Source of the DNA: a virus | Taxonomy: Duplodnaviria; Caudoviricetes | Virus record (IMG/VR): IMGVR_UViG_3300012943_000042 | Coordinates: 1 to 42,811 of that record | Length of the DNA stretch: 42,811 bases | Direction: 5' to 3' (one strand) | In this document: piece after piece, positions 20,225 through 27,498 of the stretch | How positions within the stretch are numbered: position 1 is the first letter of the stretch | How the letters are laid out: each line of letters opens with the position of its first letter | Notes under the pieces: model-generated | What the model saw: the letters and a program-made list of their open reading frames with translations, nothing else | The model's database searches: none | Told to the model about the DNA's origin: nothing | Made by a program: the position numbers and the translations under genes

Positions 20225-20242
20225 AAACACACGCTATAGTGA
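20215..20242 (+). promoter_or_regulatory. Repeated phage promoter-like motif, copy 1
   Basis: CTCGCA-GTAAAAACACACGC-TATAGTGA (TCGCA-N14-TATART). Confidence 0.7.
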
Positions 20243-20264
20243 GAACTCTTGAAAGGAGATATTC

Positions 20265-20549
20265 GTGTTAAAGAAGACACGCACCGAACCCACTGAGCTC
20301 GACAAGACCATTAAGAAGGTCCATGACGAGATCAATAAGGTTAGTGCTGATTCTGATGAGTTCGCTAAGATGTCTGCTCAGCTAGACCGTCTTTACAAGA
20401 TGAAGACTTATAAGAAGGAATCATCTGTGAAGCCGGATACGCTGATCAACGCCGGAGTGAATCTCGCCGGGATCGTGCTGATCCTAGGTTTCGAAAAGGC
20501 CCATGTGCTCTCTTCGAAAGCTCTAGGGTTCGTGCGGAAGTCTCACTAA
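20265..20549 (+). CDS. Hypothetical protein with C-terminal hydrophobic segment
   Basis: GTG start, SD GAAAGGAG, 94 aa. Confidence 0.7.
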   Translation: MLKKTRTEPTELDKTIKKVHDEINKVSADSDEFAKMSAQLDRLYKMKTYKKESSVKPDTLINAGVNLAGIVLILGFEKAHVLSSKALGFVRKSH

Positions 20550-20573
20550 CGTGTGAACTTCTACAACTGATCT

Positions 20574-20640
20574 AGACTGGCACCGTGTGTAAGGACGACA
20601 AATCCTGCATGCGGTGTCAGTCTTTTTCGGTTTATTTTTT
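20574..20640 (+). terminator. Intrinsic terminator, long GU-containing hairpin
   Basis: AGACTGGCACCGTGTGTAAGGA pairs with TCCTGCATGCGGTGTCAGTCT, followed by T-rich tracts. Confidence 0.75.
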
Positions 20641-20683
20641 TCACTTCCAAAAATTCCCGGGGGGAGATTTTCCACAAATCAAA

Positions 20684-20710
20684 TCGCATTTTCTGCACGG
20701 CCTATAGTGA
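20684..20710 (+). promoter_or_regulatory. Promoter-like motif, copy 2
   Basis: TCGCA-TTTTCTGCACGGCC-TATAGTGA. Confidence 0.6.
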
Positions 20711-20739
20711 GAGACTACTCTCGCCTACGAAAGGATAAA

Positions 20740-20961
20740 ATGATGTATGCAATGAAGCTCACGACTGAGCTCTATGAAATCGCACAGGTCCTTGACCCCT
20801 CCCTCGCTGAAGCTCCCGTCGAGCGCCTCGTGAACTCTCACCTGGTGATCGACAAGGAGAACAACGTGGTGATGGTGGTCAACTCCGAGCGGTTCACTGA
20901 GCTCTTCGAGATCCTCGCTGCCGACTTCGCCATTCCGGTCATGAAGGTAAAAAAAAAGTAG
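20740..20961 (+). CDS. Cassette micro-gene, 73 aa hypothetical
   Basis: SD GAAAGGA, ATGATG start at 20740. Confidence 0.7.
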   Translation: MMYAMKLTTELYEIAQVLDPSLAEAPVERLVNSHLVIDKENNVVMVVNSERFTELFEILAADFAIPVMKVKKK

Positions 20962-20968
20962 CCTTAAG

Positions 20969-21000
20969 TTGAAGCCCCCTAAAAAGGGCTTCTTCTTTTG
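20969..21000 (+). terminator. Cassette-end hairpin type A
   Basis: GAAGCCC-CCTAAAAA-GGGCTTC then TTCTTTTG; 32 bp identical to 23965-23996. Confidence 0.65.
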
Positions 21001-21001
21001 C

Positions 21002-21029
21002 CTCGCAGAAATTACACACGCTATAATGA
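21002..21029 (+). promoter_or_regulatory. Promoter-like motif, copy 3
   Basis: CTCGCA-GAAATTACACACGC-TATAATGA. Confidence 0.75.
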
Positions 21030-21055
21030 CACCCCACACCAATTGAAAGGAAACT

Positions 21056-21199
21056 ATGATGAAGGTTTACACCATTGGAAGCGATGAGCACCTCGCCCTC
21101 ATCGGTCGACGCATTGTTGTGGTTGGAGTTGCCATTGTAGCCTACGCGGTTATCAAGGGCACTCTCAACCTCAAGAAGAACTCGACCGGTGCGGCGTAA
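21056..21199 (+). CDS. Cassette micro-gene, 47 aa single-pass membrane peptide (not in ORF track)
   Basis: SD GAAAGGA; MMKVYTIGSDEHLALIGRRIVVVGVAIVAYAVIKGTLNLKKNSTGAA. Confidence 0.7.
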   Translation: MMKVYTIGSDEHLALIGRRIVVVGVAIVAYAVIKGTLNLKKNSTGAA

Positions 21200-21240
21200 A
21201 CTCGCCCAATCAAGCCCAACAAGTTATCAATTGCAGTGCC

Positions 21241-21275
21241 GAGTTGGCCCCCTAAAAAGGGCCTTCTCTTTTTCT
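21241..21275 (+). terminator. Cassette-end hairpin type B
   Basis: GGCCC-CCTAAAAA-GGGCC then TTCTCTTTTT; 35 bp identical to 22901-22935. Confidence 0.62.
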
Positions 21276-21290
21276 CTTGGAAGGAGTACA

Positions 21291-21869
21291 ATGAAGCCTC
21301 TACGCATTGGTAAGCGCAACAAGCCAGTAGTTCTGCCCGATCTGAAAGCATATCCTGAAGGATCGGTGATCCACGTGATGGACGATGGTAGCGTTATTCC
21401 ACAGATTTCTCTCGATGGGGGATCTTTTGATGAGACCGTTCAAAACATGGAGTCTGTTGAACCTGTCATCCTTGACGACCCGGTGAACCACCCATCCCAT
21501 TACACCGATGGAAACATCGAAGTGTCGGACTTCATCGCCGACAAGAACTTCAACTTCTTCAGGGGCAACGCGATCAAGTATATTTCTCGTGCCGGCAAGA
21601 AGGATCCTCACAAGGAGCAAGAAGATCTCGAGAAGGCCATCTGGTACCTTCAGAGGGAGATCCATCGCATGGGGGGCTATGACGTTCGTCCGAACCCTCT
21701 GGAGAACGTCACCATCATGGTGCCCCACTGGGCCGACCAGCAGCATTTCCTCCAGCAGTTCGAAGATGCGTTCTTCACCGTCTGGCACGAGGGAATGGAT
21801 GCACAGGCGCTCGCTGACAACATTTCCAAGGAGATGAAGAACGAGAGTCTCATGAAGCGAGAAGGATAA
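21291..21869 (+). CDS. DUF3310-domain protein (T7 gp1.7 nucleotide-kinase-like family)
   Basis: ATG 21291 after GAAGGAG; DPVNHPSHY...GNAIKYISRAGKK...EDLEKAIWYL. Confidence 0.75.
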   Translation: MKPLRIGKRNKPVVLPDLKAYPEGSVIHVMDDGSVIPQISLDGGSFDETVQNMESVEPVILDDPVNHPSHYTDGNIEVSDFIADKNFNFFRGNAIKYISRAGKKDPHKEQEDLEKAIWYLQREIHRMGGYDVRPNPLENVTIMVPHWADQQHFLQQFEDAFFTVWHEGMDAQALADNISKEMKNESLMKREG

Positions 21870-21870
21870 C

Positions 21871-22650
21871 ATGAAGGATATTTCAAGCCTTGTTAAGGGT
21901 GCTGGGAAGGTTCTCAAGGAGAACTCACCGGCTCTCTTGACGGCTGGAGCGATCACAGGTGTAGTTTCGACTGCATATTTGGTCGCTAAGGCAGCGTACG
22001 ATGTAGGAAAAGATGTGAATGCCGGACATTATGAACCTCTTCTCGAAGGTGGGGAACCAGAGGTTTATGATGCCAAGGCGCTAGTTCAGACATACTGGAC
22101 AGCCTTCATTCCTGCTGCAATCACGGGAGCGGCTACCATCGCTCTCATAGTAGGGTCGAACCGTGTAAGTACGCGACGGAATGCGGCTCTACTTACTGCC
22201 TTGTCTCTTACAGAGCGTGCCTTCGACGAATACAAATACAAGGTCGTTGAGCAGCTTGGTAAGGGCAAGGAGCAGAAGGTGCGTGCTTCAATCGCTCAGG
22301 ACCACGTGGACGACAACCCCGCGTCGAACGCTCAGGTGATCATCACAGGGAACGGTGACGTTCTTATGTACGATGACTTCACTGGGCGATATTTCAACAG
22401 TGGTGTTGAGAAGATCCGCAAGGTTCAGAACGACCTCAATGCACGCCTCATGATCGAGGGGTGTGTCTCTGTGAACGAGTTCTACGAGGCTGTGGGGCTT
22501 CCTAGGCTTCGTCATGGAGACGATATTGGGTGGAATCTGTCTAACATGCTCAACGTCGAGTTCCATGGTGTTATATCTGAGGATGGACAACCATGTATCG
22601 CAGTTGAGTTCTTGAAGCAGCCTACCCAGCAGTACTGGAAGTACAGCTAA
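21871..22650 (+). CDS. Conserved phage protein (DUF6353-like), paralog 1
   Basis: ENSPALLTAGAITGVVSTA...GRYF...LNARL...VSVNEFY; similar to 25133..26062. Confidence 0.7.
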   Translation: MKDISSLVKGAGKVLKENSPALLTAGAITGVVSTAYLVAKAAYDVGKDVNAGHYEPLLEGGEPEVYDAKALVQTYWTAFIPAAITGAATIALIVGSNRVSTRRNAALLTALSLTERAFDEYKYKVVEQLGKGKEQKVRASIAQDHVDDNPASNAQVIITGNGDVLMYDDFTGRYFNSGVEKIRKVQNDLNARLMIEGCVSVNEFYEAVGLPRLRHGDDIGWNLSNMLNVEFHGVISEDGQPCIAVEFLKQPTQQYWKYS

Positions 22651-22651
22651 A

Positions 22652-22679
22652 CTCGCATAAATTACACACACTATAGTGA
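22652..22679 (+). promoter_or_regulatory. Promoter-like motif, copy 4
   Basis: CTCGCA-TAAATTACACACAC-TATAGTGA. Confidence 0.75.
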
Positions 22680-22705
22680 CAGAAGTCACTACTATAAAAG
22701 GAGAA

Positions 22706-22876
22706 ATGATGGACACCACTGTCGACGTTACCCCCACCAAGAAGTTCGTTTCGATCAAGAACCCGGCCTTCCTGGCCAGCGTTGCCGCAGGAGCAATCCT
22801 CGGCGCCGTTGTCCTGAAGAAGCTCGGAGTCTTCGAAAAGGCTTCCGAGGTGGTTGAGACCGTCACCGAGTCCTAA
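22706..22876 (+). CDS. Cassette micro-gene, 56 aa membrane peptide
   Basis: SD AAAGGAG, ATGATG at 22706; hydrophobic AFLASVAAGAILGAVVL followed by KK. Confidence 0.7.
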   Translation: MMDTTVDVTPTKKFVSIKNPAFLASVAAGAILGAVVLKKLGVFEKASEVVETVTES

Positions 22877-22900
22877 CCACTCAAGTACAACTTCCCCATA

Positions 22901-22935
22901 GAGTTGGCCCCCTAAAAAGGGCCTTCTCTTTTTCT
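22901..22935 (+). terminator. Cassette-end hairpin type B
   Basis: Identical to 21241-21275. Confidence 0.62.
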
Positions 22936-22947
22936 TTAAGGAGTATT

Positions 22948-23589
22948 ATGCTTAAGCTTCCGATCACTTACACCGATTTCAACGGTGTCGAGGTTACGGA
23001 GACGTTCTTCTTCAATCTCTCTACCGCTGAGGTGGCTGAGATGGAGCTCAAGATGGCCGGGGGTCTCACGGAGAACCTCCAGCGAATCGGTGAGAGTGGT
23101 GACCCTAACCTCATCGTGAACACCTTCAAGGAGATTCTTCTTTCCTCATTTGGTGTTCGCTCGGAGGATGGTCGTCTGTTCAGGAAGCGTCCGGAGTTCA
23201 CGGCCGACTTTGTCGACAGCGGAGCCTACGAGGTTCTCTTCGTCAGGCTCATCACGGACTCTGAGTACGCCGCGGAATTCGTAAACGGCATCATGCCTAA
23301 GAGCGAGGACCCCAACGCTCAGCATCTGATCAAGGCTGCACAGGACCGTCGTAACGAAGATCGTGCGATCCCTCAGGCAATCGCTCAGCAGGATCCAGTG
23401 GTTACGGACGAGTCAAAGCCCGACCCTGTCGAGTACGACTACTTCCCGAGCTACGAGCAGTTGCACGAGCACCTCACTGGTCTCGACATCCAGCACAACT
23501 TCATAGACGGGCAGTTCTTCAAGAATCTCCCAAAGGAACAGCAGAGGGCGTTGATTGACGACCTCAAGGGGAAGGTTCCGAGGGGGTAA
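22948..23589 (+). CDS. Conserved phage protein, N-terminus resembles tail assembly chaperone family
   Basis: ITYTDFNG...FFFNLS.AE...GVRSEDGRLF.K...AYEVLF pattern; SD AAGGAG. Confidence 0.55.
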   Translation: MLKLPITYTDFNGVEVTETFFFNLSTAEVAEMELKMAGGLTENLQRIGESGDPNLIVNTFKEILLSSFGVRSEDGRLFRKRPEFTADFVDSGAYEVLFVRLITDSEYAAEFVNGIMPKSEDPNAQHLIKAAQDRRNEDRAIPQAIAQQDPVVTDESKPDPVEYDYFPSYEQLHEHLTGLDIQHNFIDGQFFKNLPKEQQRALIDDLKGKVPRG

Positions 23590-23692
23590 GAGGGTAGCTG
23601 AGGTACTCTCTTGCGAGAAAATGGGGAGTGTCCCCTCATGACATGACCAGAGGCTACTGGTAATCTTAAACGACCAAATTAGGCGCCCATAT

Positions 23693-23720
23693 CTCGCAAG
23701 AATTACACGTCATATAATGA
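23693..23720 (+). promoter_or_regulatory. Promoter-like motif, copy 5
   Basis: CTCGCA-AGAATTACACGTCA-TATAATGA. Confidence 0.75.
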
Positions 23721-23741
23721 CACCCCTCTATGAAAGGATTA

Positions 23742-23960
23742 ATGATGGACAGCCTCGTACAGTTCAACCTCAACATGGAGCGCGAAGTTCAGACCAAGGA
23801 TTTTGTCCTTGTTGGATGCGTTGCCGCAGCCGCCGCCGTTACAGTCGTAGCGAAGTTCGGTGCGGAGCAGCTCGTCGACAAGCTCAAGGCCCGCAAGGCT
23901 CTGAAGGCCGCCTCCTCTGAGATCACCCACGAGACAGACACCAAGCCTGCCAAGAAGTAA
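23742..23960 (+). CDS. Cassette micro-gene, 72 aa membrane peptide
   Basis: SD GAAAGGA, ATGATG at 23742; hydrophobic FVLVGCVAAAAAVTVVA, Lys-rich tail. Confidence 0.7.
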   Translation: MMDSLVQFNLNMEREVQTKDFVLVGCVAAAAAVTVVAKFGAEQLVDKLKARKALKAASSEITHETDTKPAKK

Positions 23961-23964
23961 AAGA

Positions 23965-23996
23965 TTGAAGCCCCCTAAAAAGGGCTTCTTCTTTTG
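23965..23996 (+). terminator. Cassette-end hairpin type A
   Basis: Identical to 20969-21000. Confidence 0.65.
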
Positions 23997-24017
23997 TCTC
24001 ATATTTAAGGAGATGTA

Positions 24018-24623
24018 ATGAGTGATAAGCCCATGAATTATCAGGGCAACAGTCACAAAAGCAAAGAAGAGAAGGCCTCCAAACCGGAGGTCAGGCGTAT
24101 TGTCGAGGGTGGCGTAGTCGAGCGCAAGAAGCCTCTTGGCCGTAAGTTCTCTGAAATGTTTATGGGTGACGACGCCCGAAGCGTGGGGAACTATCTTCTT
24201 CTCGACGTGGCCATCCCAGCCGCAAAGAGCTTGATCATGGATCTCATTAGCCAGGGAATTGAGCGTGCTCTGTACGGGGATTCGCGTCCTCGCAGCCGTG
24301 ATCACCGACCTGGCTACACGAACTACAACAAAGTCTCGAAGAGGGATGAACGTAGAGAGATGAGCCGTCACGCTCGTGCTACTCACGACTTCCGCGAGAT
24401 CGTTCTTGAAAGCCGTGGAGAGGCTGAGGAAGTTCTTGACACTCTCACGGAGCTCATCGACAAGTACGACGTTGCCACCGTTGCAGATCTCTATGAGATG
24501 GTCAACATATCTGGCAGCTTCCAAGACGACAAGTGGGGTTGGGTAAATATGCGAGGAGCCTCCGTACGACGTGTTCGTGACGGATATTTGCTTGATCTCC
24601 CCCGCCCTGTAGCGATCGACTAA
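24018..24623 (+). CDS. Hypothetical protein
   Basis: 201 aa, SD AAGGAG. Confidence 0.75.
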   Translation: MSDKPMNYQGNSHKSKEEKASKPEVRRIVEGGVVERKKPLGRKFSEMFMGDDARSVGNYLLLDVAIPAAKSLIMDLISQGIERALYGDSRPRSRDHRPGYTNYNKVSKRDERREMSRHARATHDFREIVLESRGEAEEVLDTLTELIDKYDVATVADLYEMVNISGSFQDDKWGWVNMRGASVRRVRDGYLLDLPRPVAID

Positions 24624-24631
24624 GGAGAATA

Positions 24632-24811
24632 ATGCTTTCCATTCCTGTTGAAGAGATGGCTGTGGGGGATTACAGCCCTGAGTACGGTCATATTTCGGCT
24701 ATCGAGCCGACAGACAAAGGCTTTGACATCACGTTCGTCAACGGGAATGAAATCTTTATTCCTTTCGAGGGTGAGCTAGAGCTCGATCAAGGTGGTCGTT
24801 TCAACCATTAA
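24632..24811 (+). CDS. Hypothetical 59 aa acidic protein (not in ORF track)
   Basis: SD AAGGAG; MLSIPVEEMAVGDYSPEYG...RFNH. Confidence 0.6.
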   Translation: MLSIPVEEMAVGDYSPEYGHISAIEPTDKGFDITFVNGNEIFIPFEGELELDQGGRFNH

Positions 24812-24820
24812 GGAGTCAAC

Positions 24821-24976
24821 ATGCAGAACGAGATTACGCCTTCGGGTTTGATCCTGCCGCGGGATGATGACCCGCCATTTTTCAATGAGATGAGGATTCG
24901 TCACAACGATCGGATTATCTGGCGCTTGAGGCTCCAGGCATCCATCAGTCGAATCAAAAAGATATTCGGGCGGTGA
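24821..24976 (+). CDS. Hypothetical 51 aa protein (not in ORF track)
   Basis: SD AAGGAG; MQNEITPSGLILP...KIFGR. Confidence 0.55.
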   Translation: MQNEITPSGLILPRDDDPPFFNEMRIRHNDRIIWRLRLQASISRIKKIFGR

Positions 24977-24981
24977 TCTCA

Positions 24982-25152
24982 ATGGCCACCGTCTCAATTG
25001 CACAAATGCGTAGTACTGTATTGTATGCATATCCTGGAGCGGACTGGCCATACAAGGTCGAGAAGATGTCCGACAAGCAGGTAGCAGCGATATATTATCG
25101 TCTACTCGACAAAAATCGTAAGAAGGGTAACAATGAAAATCGACAGCATTAA
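24982..25152 (+). CDS. Hypothetical 56 aa protein (not in ORF track)
   Basis: SD GGTGA; MATVSIAQMR...WPYKVEKMSDKQVAAIYYRL; fills the gap before the next gene. Confidence 0.6.
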   Translation: MATVSIAQMRSTVLYAYPGADWPYKVEKMSDKQVAAIYYRLLDKNRKKGNNENRQH

Positions 25153-26062
25153 GAAGGATTTGGTCTTCACGGCTTCTCGTGCCGGCCTCCTTCTCAAGAA
25201 GCACAGCCCTGAGATCCTCGTTACTGTAGGTATCGTCGGTGTTGTGACTTCTGCTGTGATGGCTAGCAAGGCAACTCTCAAGCTGGAAGCCGTCATGGAT
25301 AAGCACCACAACAACATGGATGCTCTCAATGAGTACGTTGAGGACAACCAGATTGATGAGCCTGCTGCGGTTGCCCGAGCTAAGGGAGATGTGTACGTAC
25401 GGACTGGCGTTGACCTCGTAAAGCTTTACGGTCCATCGGTTTCGATCGGTGTTGCCTCTCTGGCGTCTATTCTGTCTGCTCACGGCATCATGCGACAGCG
25501 CAACGCTGCTCTAGTGGCTGCTTACACCGTGCTTGAGAAGAGCTTCGCGGCATATCGTGCTCGAGTTGTCGAGGAATATGGCGAGGAGAAGGATCGGGAC
25601 TACAAGTTCGGTCTGGTGACCAAGGAAGAGTTCGACAAGGATGGAAACTTCGTCAAGACGGAGACCAAGCTCCATGGCGACCCGAATGTCCACTCTGCCT
25701 ACGCACGCTTCTTCGATGAGTTCAATGTGAACTGGGAGAAGCACGCTGAGAAGAATCTCTTCTTCCTCAAGCAGCAGCAGAACTACTGGAACGACAGGCT
25801 GAAGGCACGTGGCCACGTCTTCCTCAACGAAGTCTATGATTCGATCGGCATTGAGCATTCTCAGGCTGGATCCATCGTAGGCTGGATATTTGACCCAGAC
25901 AACCCGAATGTTGACAACTTTATCGACTTCGGTATCTGGGATCTGCACAATGACCAAGCCCGCATGTTTGTCAACGGACTCGAGAGATCGATTCTCCTTG
26001 ACTTCAACGTTGACGGGACCATTTGGGACAAGATCGGTGACTTCTACGACAAGAAGCGCTAA
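25133..26062 (+). CDS. Conserved phage protein (DUF6353-like), paralog 2
   Basis: KHSPEILVTVGIVGVVTSAVMASKAT...YARFFDE...GHVFLNEVYD...LLDFNVDG. Confidence 0.75.
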   Translation: MKIDSIKKDLVFTASRAGLLLKKHSPEILVTVGIVGVVTSAVMASKATLKLEAVMDKHHNNMDALNEYVEDNQIDEPAAVARAKGDVYVRTGVDLVKLYGPSVSIGVASLASILSAHGIMRQRNAALVAAYTVLEKSFAAYRARVVEEYGEEKDRDYKFGLVTKEEFDKDGNFVKTETKLHGDPNVHSAYARFFDEFNVNWEKHAEKNLFFLKQQQNYWNDRLKARGHVFLNEVYDSIGIEHSQAGSIVGWIFDPDNPNVDNFIDFGIWDLHNDQARMFVNGLERSILLDFNVDGTIWDKIGDFYDKKR

Positions 26063-26076
26063 CTAAGGAGTTCAGT

Positions 26077-26250
26077 ATGGATGCAGCACCTCTTCCGGGA
26101 TCCTGGATCAAGAAGGAAGAACAGAAGCCCGTAATCAAGCGTCCTTTTGTTAGGAAGCCGCATCTTACGGACAAGCCTTTCAAGAACGAGCAGATGAAGG
26201 CTCTCCAGAAGTCGATGGAGAATCTGAAGCCCAACAAAAGGAGAAAGTGA
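26077..26250 (+). CDS. Hypothetical 57 aa basic protein (not in ORF track)
   Basis: SD AAGGAG; MDAAPLPGSWIKK...KRRK; stop overlaps next start. Confidence 0.55.
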   Translation: MDAAPLPGSWIKKEEQKPVIKRPFVRKPHLTDKPFKNEQMKALQKSMENLKPNKRRK

Positions 26251-26930
26251 TGAAGGCAGGAGTCGCTCTTGCTCTTGGCGCTATCGGTGGTCTGGCCATC
26301 GGAGGTGCCGCAGGATATTTCTTTGCACGACGTCAGCTTGAGGAGCAGTTCAGGCTGGAGCTCGACGAAGCAGTCGAGGAAGTCAAGGAGTACTACCGTG
26401 TTCTCCGCAAGGAAGACTATGAGACGCCGGCAGAAGCTGTCGAGAAGCTCGTAGATGACGAGAAGGTCGGTTCGAAGCTTGTCAAGGAGGCTAAGGCCCA
26501 GCAGGCTGAGATTCTCGAGCAGATGGCGTACGTGCCTCCGCCGGAGGACGCTCCCAAGGAGAACGTCTTCGAGGAGCGCAACAAGAGAAAGCCTGGCCTT
26601 CCATATTTGATCGATCAAGAAGAGTTCATGGACGAATACTCCAATGAAGAGGGTGAGGTCTACGACAAGATCTACCTTCACTGGTATGACGGAGATGGCG
26701 TTCTCTGTGACGACCAGGACCAGATCATTCCGCTCGCGGATGAGATCATTGGCCTCGACAACATGAACCGCTTCGGTGAGGGTGAGGATTCAATGATCCT
26801 CCATATTCGAAACGAGAAGCAGCGTGCCGACTACGAGGTGGAGAAGAACGACAGTACTTACTCCGAGGTCGTCATGGGTATTGTTGAGATCGACGAGCCC
26901 CCACGAAAGAAGAAGCCCAAGGAGGAGTGA
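26247..26930 (+). CDS. Acidic protein with N-terminal membrane anchor
   Basis: 227 aa; hydrophobic N-terminus, then coiled coil; SD AAAGGAG. Confidence 0.72.
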   Translation: MMKAGVALALGAIGGLAIGGAAGYFFARRQLEEQFRLELDEAVEEVKEYYRVLRKEDYETPAEAVEKLVDDEKVGSKLVKEAKAQQAEILEQMAYVPPPEDAPKENVFEERNKRKPGLPYLIDQEEFMDEYSNEEGEVYDKIYLHWYDGDGVLCDDQDQIIPLADEIIGLDNMNRFGEGEDSMILHIRNEKQRADYEVEKNDSTYSEVVMGIVEIDEPPRKKKPKEE

Positions 26931-27479
26931 TTGAACGATTCCATAGAGGAGCGATATTTTGAATGGCTCTATAGTCAAATAGCGTCAGTCAAGAATCGCA
27001 ACCCCGCAAGGTCATATTGGGAACTAGCAAAGGTAATGCATCACAAGGCCTTTGACTGGTTTGTTCCTAACGATGACAACCGTGCTGAGGATGGTAGGGA
27101 GCTCCGCTGGGAGTTTCTCAACGAAAACGGACTTGCTGGGGATGATCTGTGGATGGACCTCGATTGTTCATTTCTTGAGATGTTGATCGGACTGTCTCGC
27201 CGGGTGGCCTTTGAAAGCTACGGGTCGCCCGGTGAGTGGTTCCGACGGATTCTTGAGAATCTCGAGTTCATCGACTACACAGATCGCGGGTTTAATAGCA
27301 TTAGCGCACTGGATGTCGACAGGACTCTTGAGCGTATCAATAACCGTACCTACGATCGAAATGGTCATGGGGGTATATTCCCTCTACACCACGCCGCGGA
27401 AGATCAAAGAAAAGTTGAAATCTGGTATCAGATGTCTGCATATTTGCTATCAAATGGGTATGTGGACAACTACATGTGA
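26931..27479 (+). CDS. Hypothetical protein upstream of replicase
   Basis: TTG start after AGGAGG; 182 aa. Confidence 0.7.
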   Translation: MNDSIEERYFEWLYSQIASVKNRNPARSYWELAKVMHHKAFDWFVPNDDNRAEDGRELRWEFLNENGLAGDDLWMDLDCSFLEMLIGLSRRVAFESYGSPGEWFRRILENLEFIDYTDRGFNSISALDVDRTLERINNRTYDRNGHGGIFPLHHAAEDQRKVEIWYQMSAYLLSNGYVDNYM

Positions 27480-27498
27480 ATTTCGGAAAGGAGGTTAA

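Noticed and set aside
20949-20957. A9 run as a phase-variation tract
   Set aside because: It lies in the last codons of a micro-gene, so slippage would change only the extreme C-terminus
20215-23996. Repeats as a CRISPR array or true integron
   Set aside because: Spacing is irregular and gene-sized, two different motifs alternate, and no cas1/cas2 or tyrosine integrase is present
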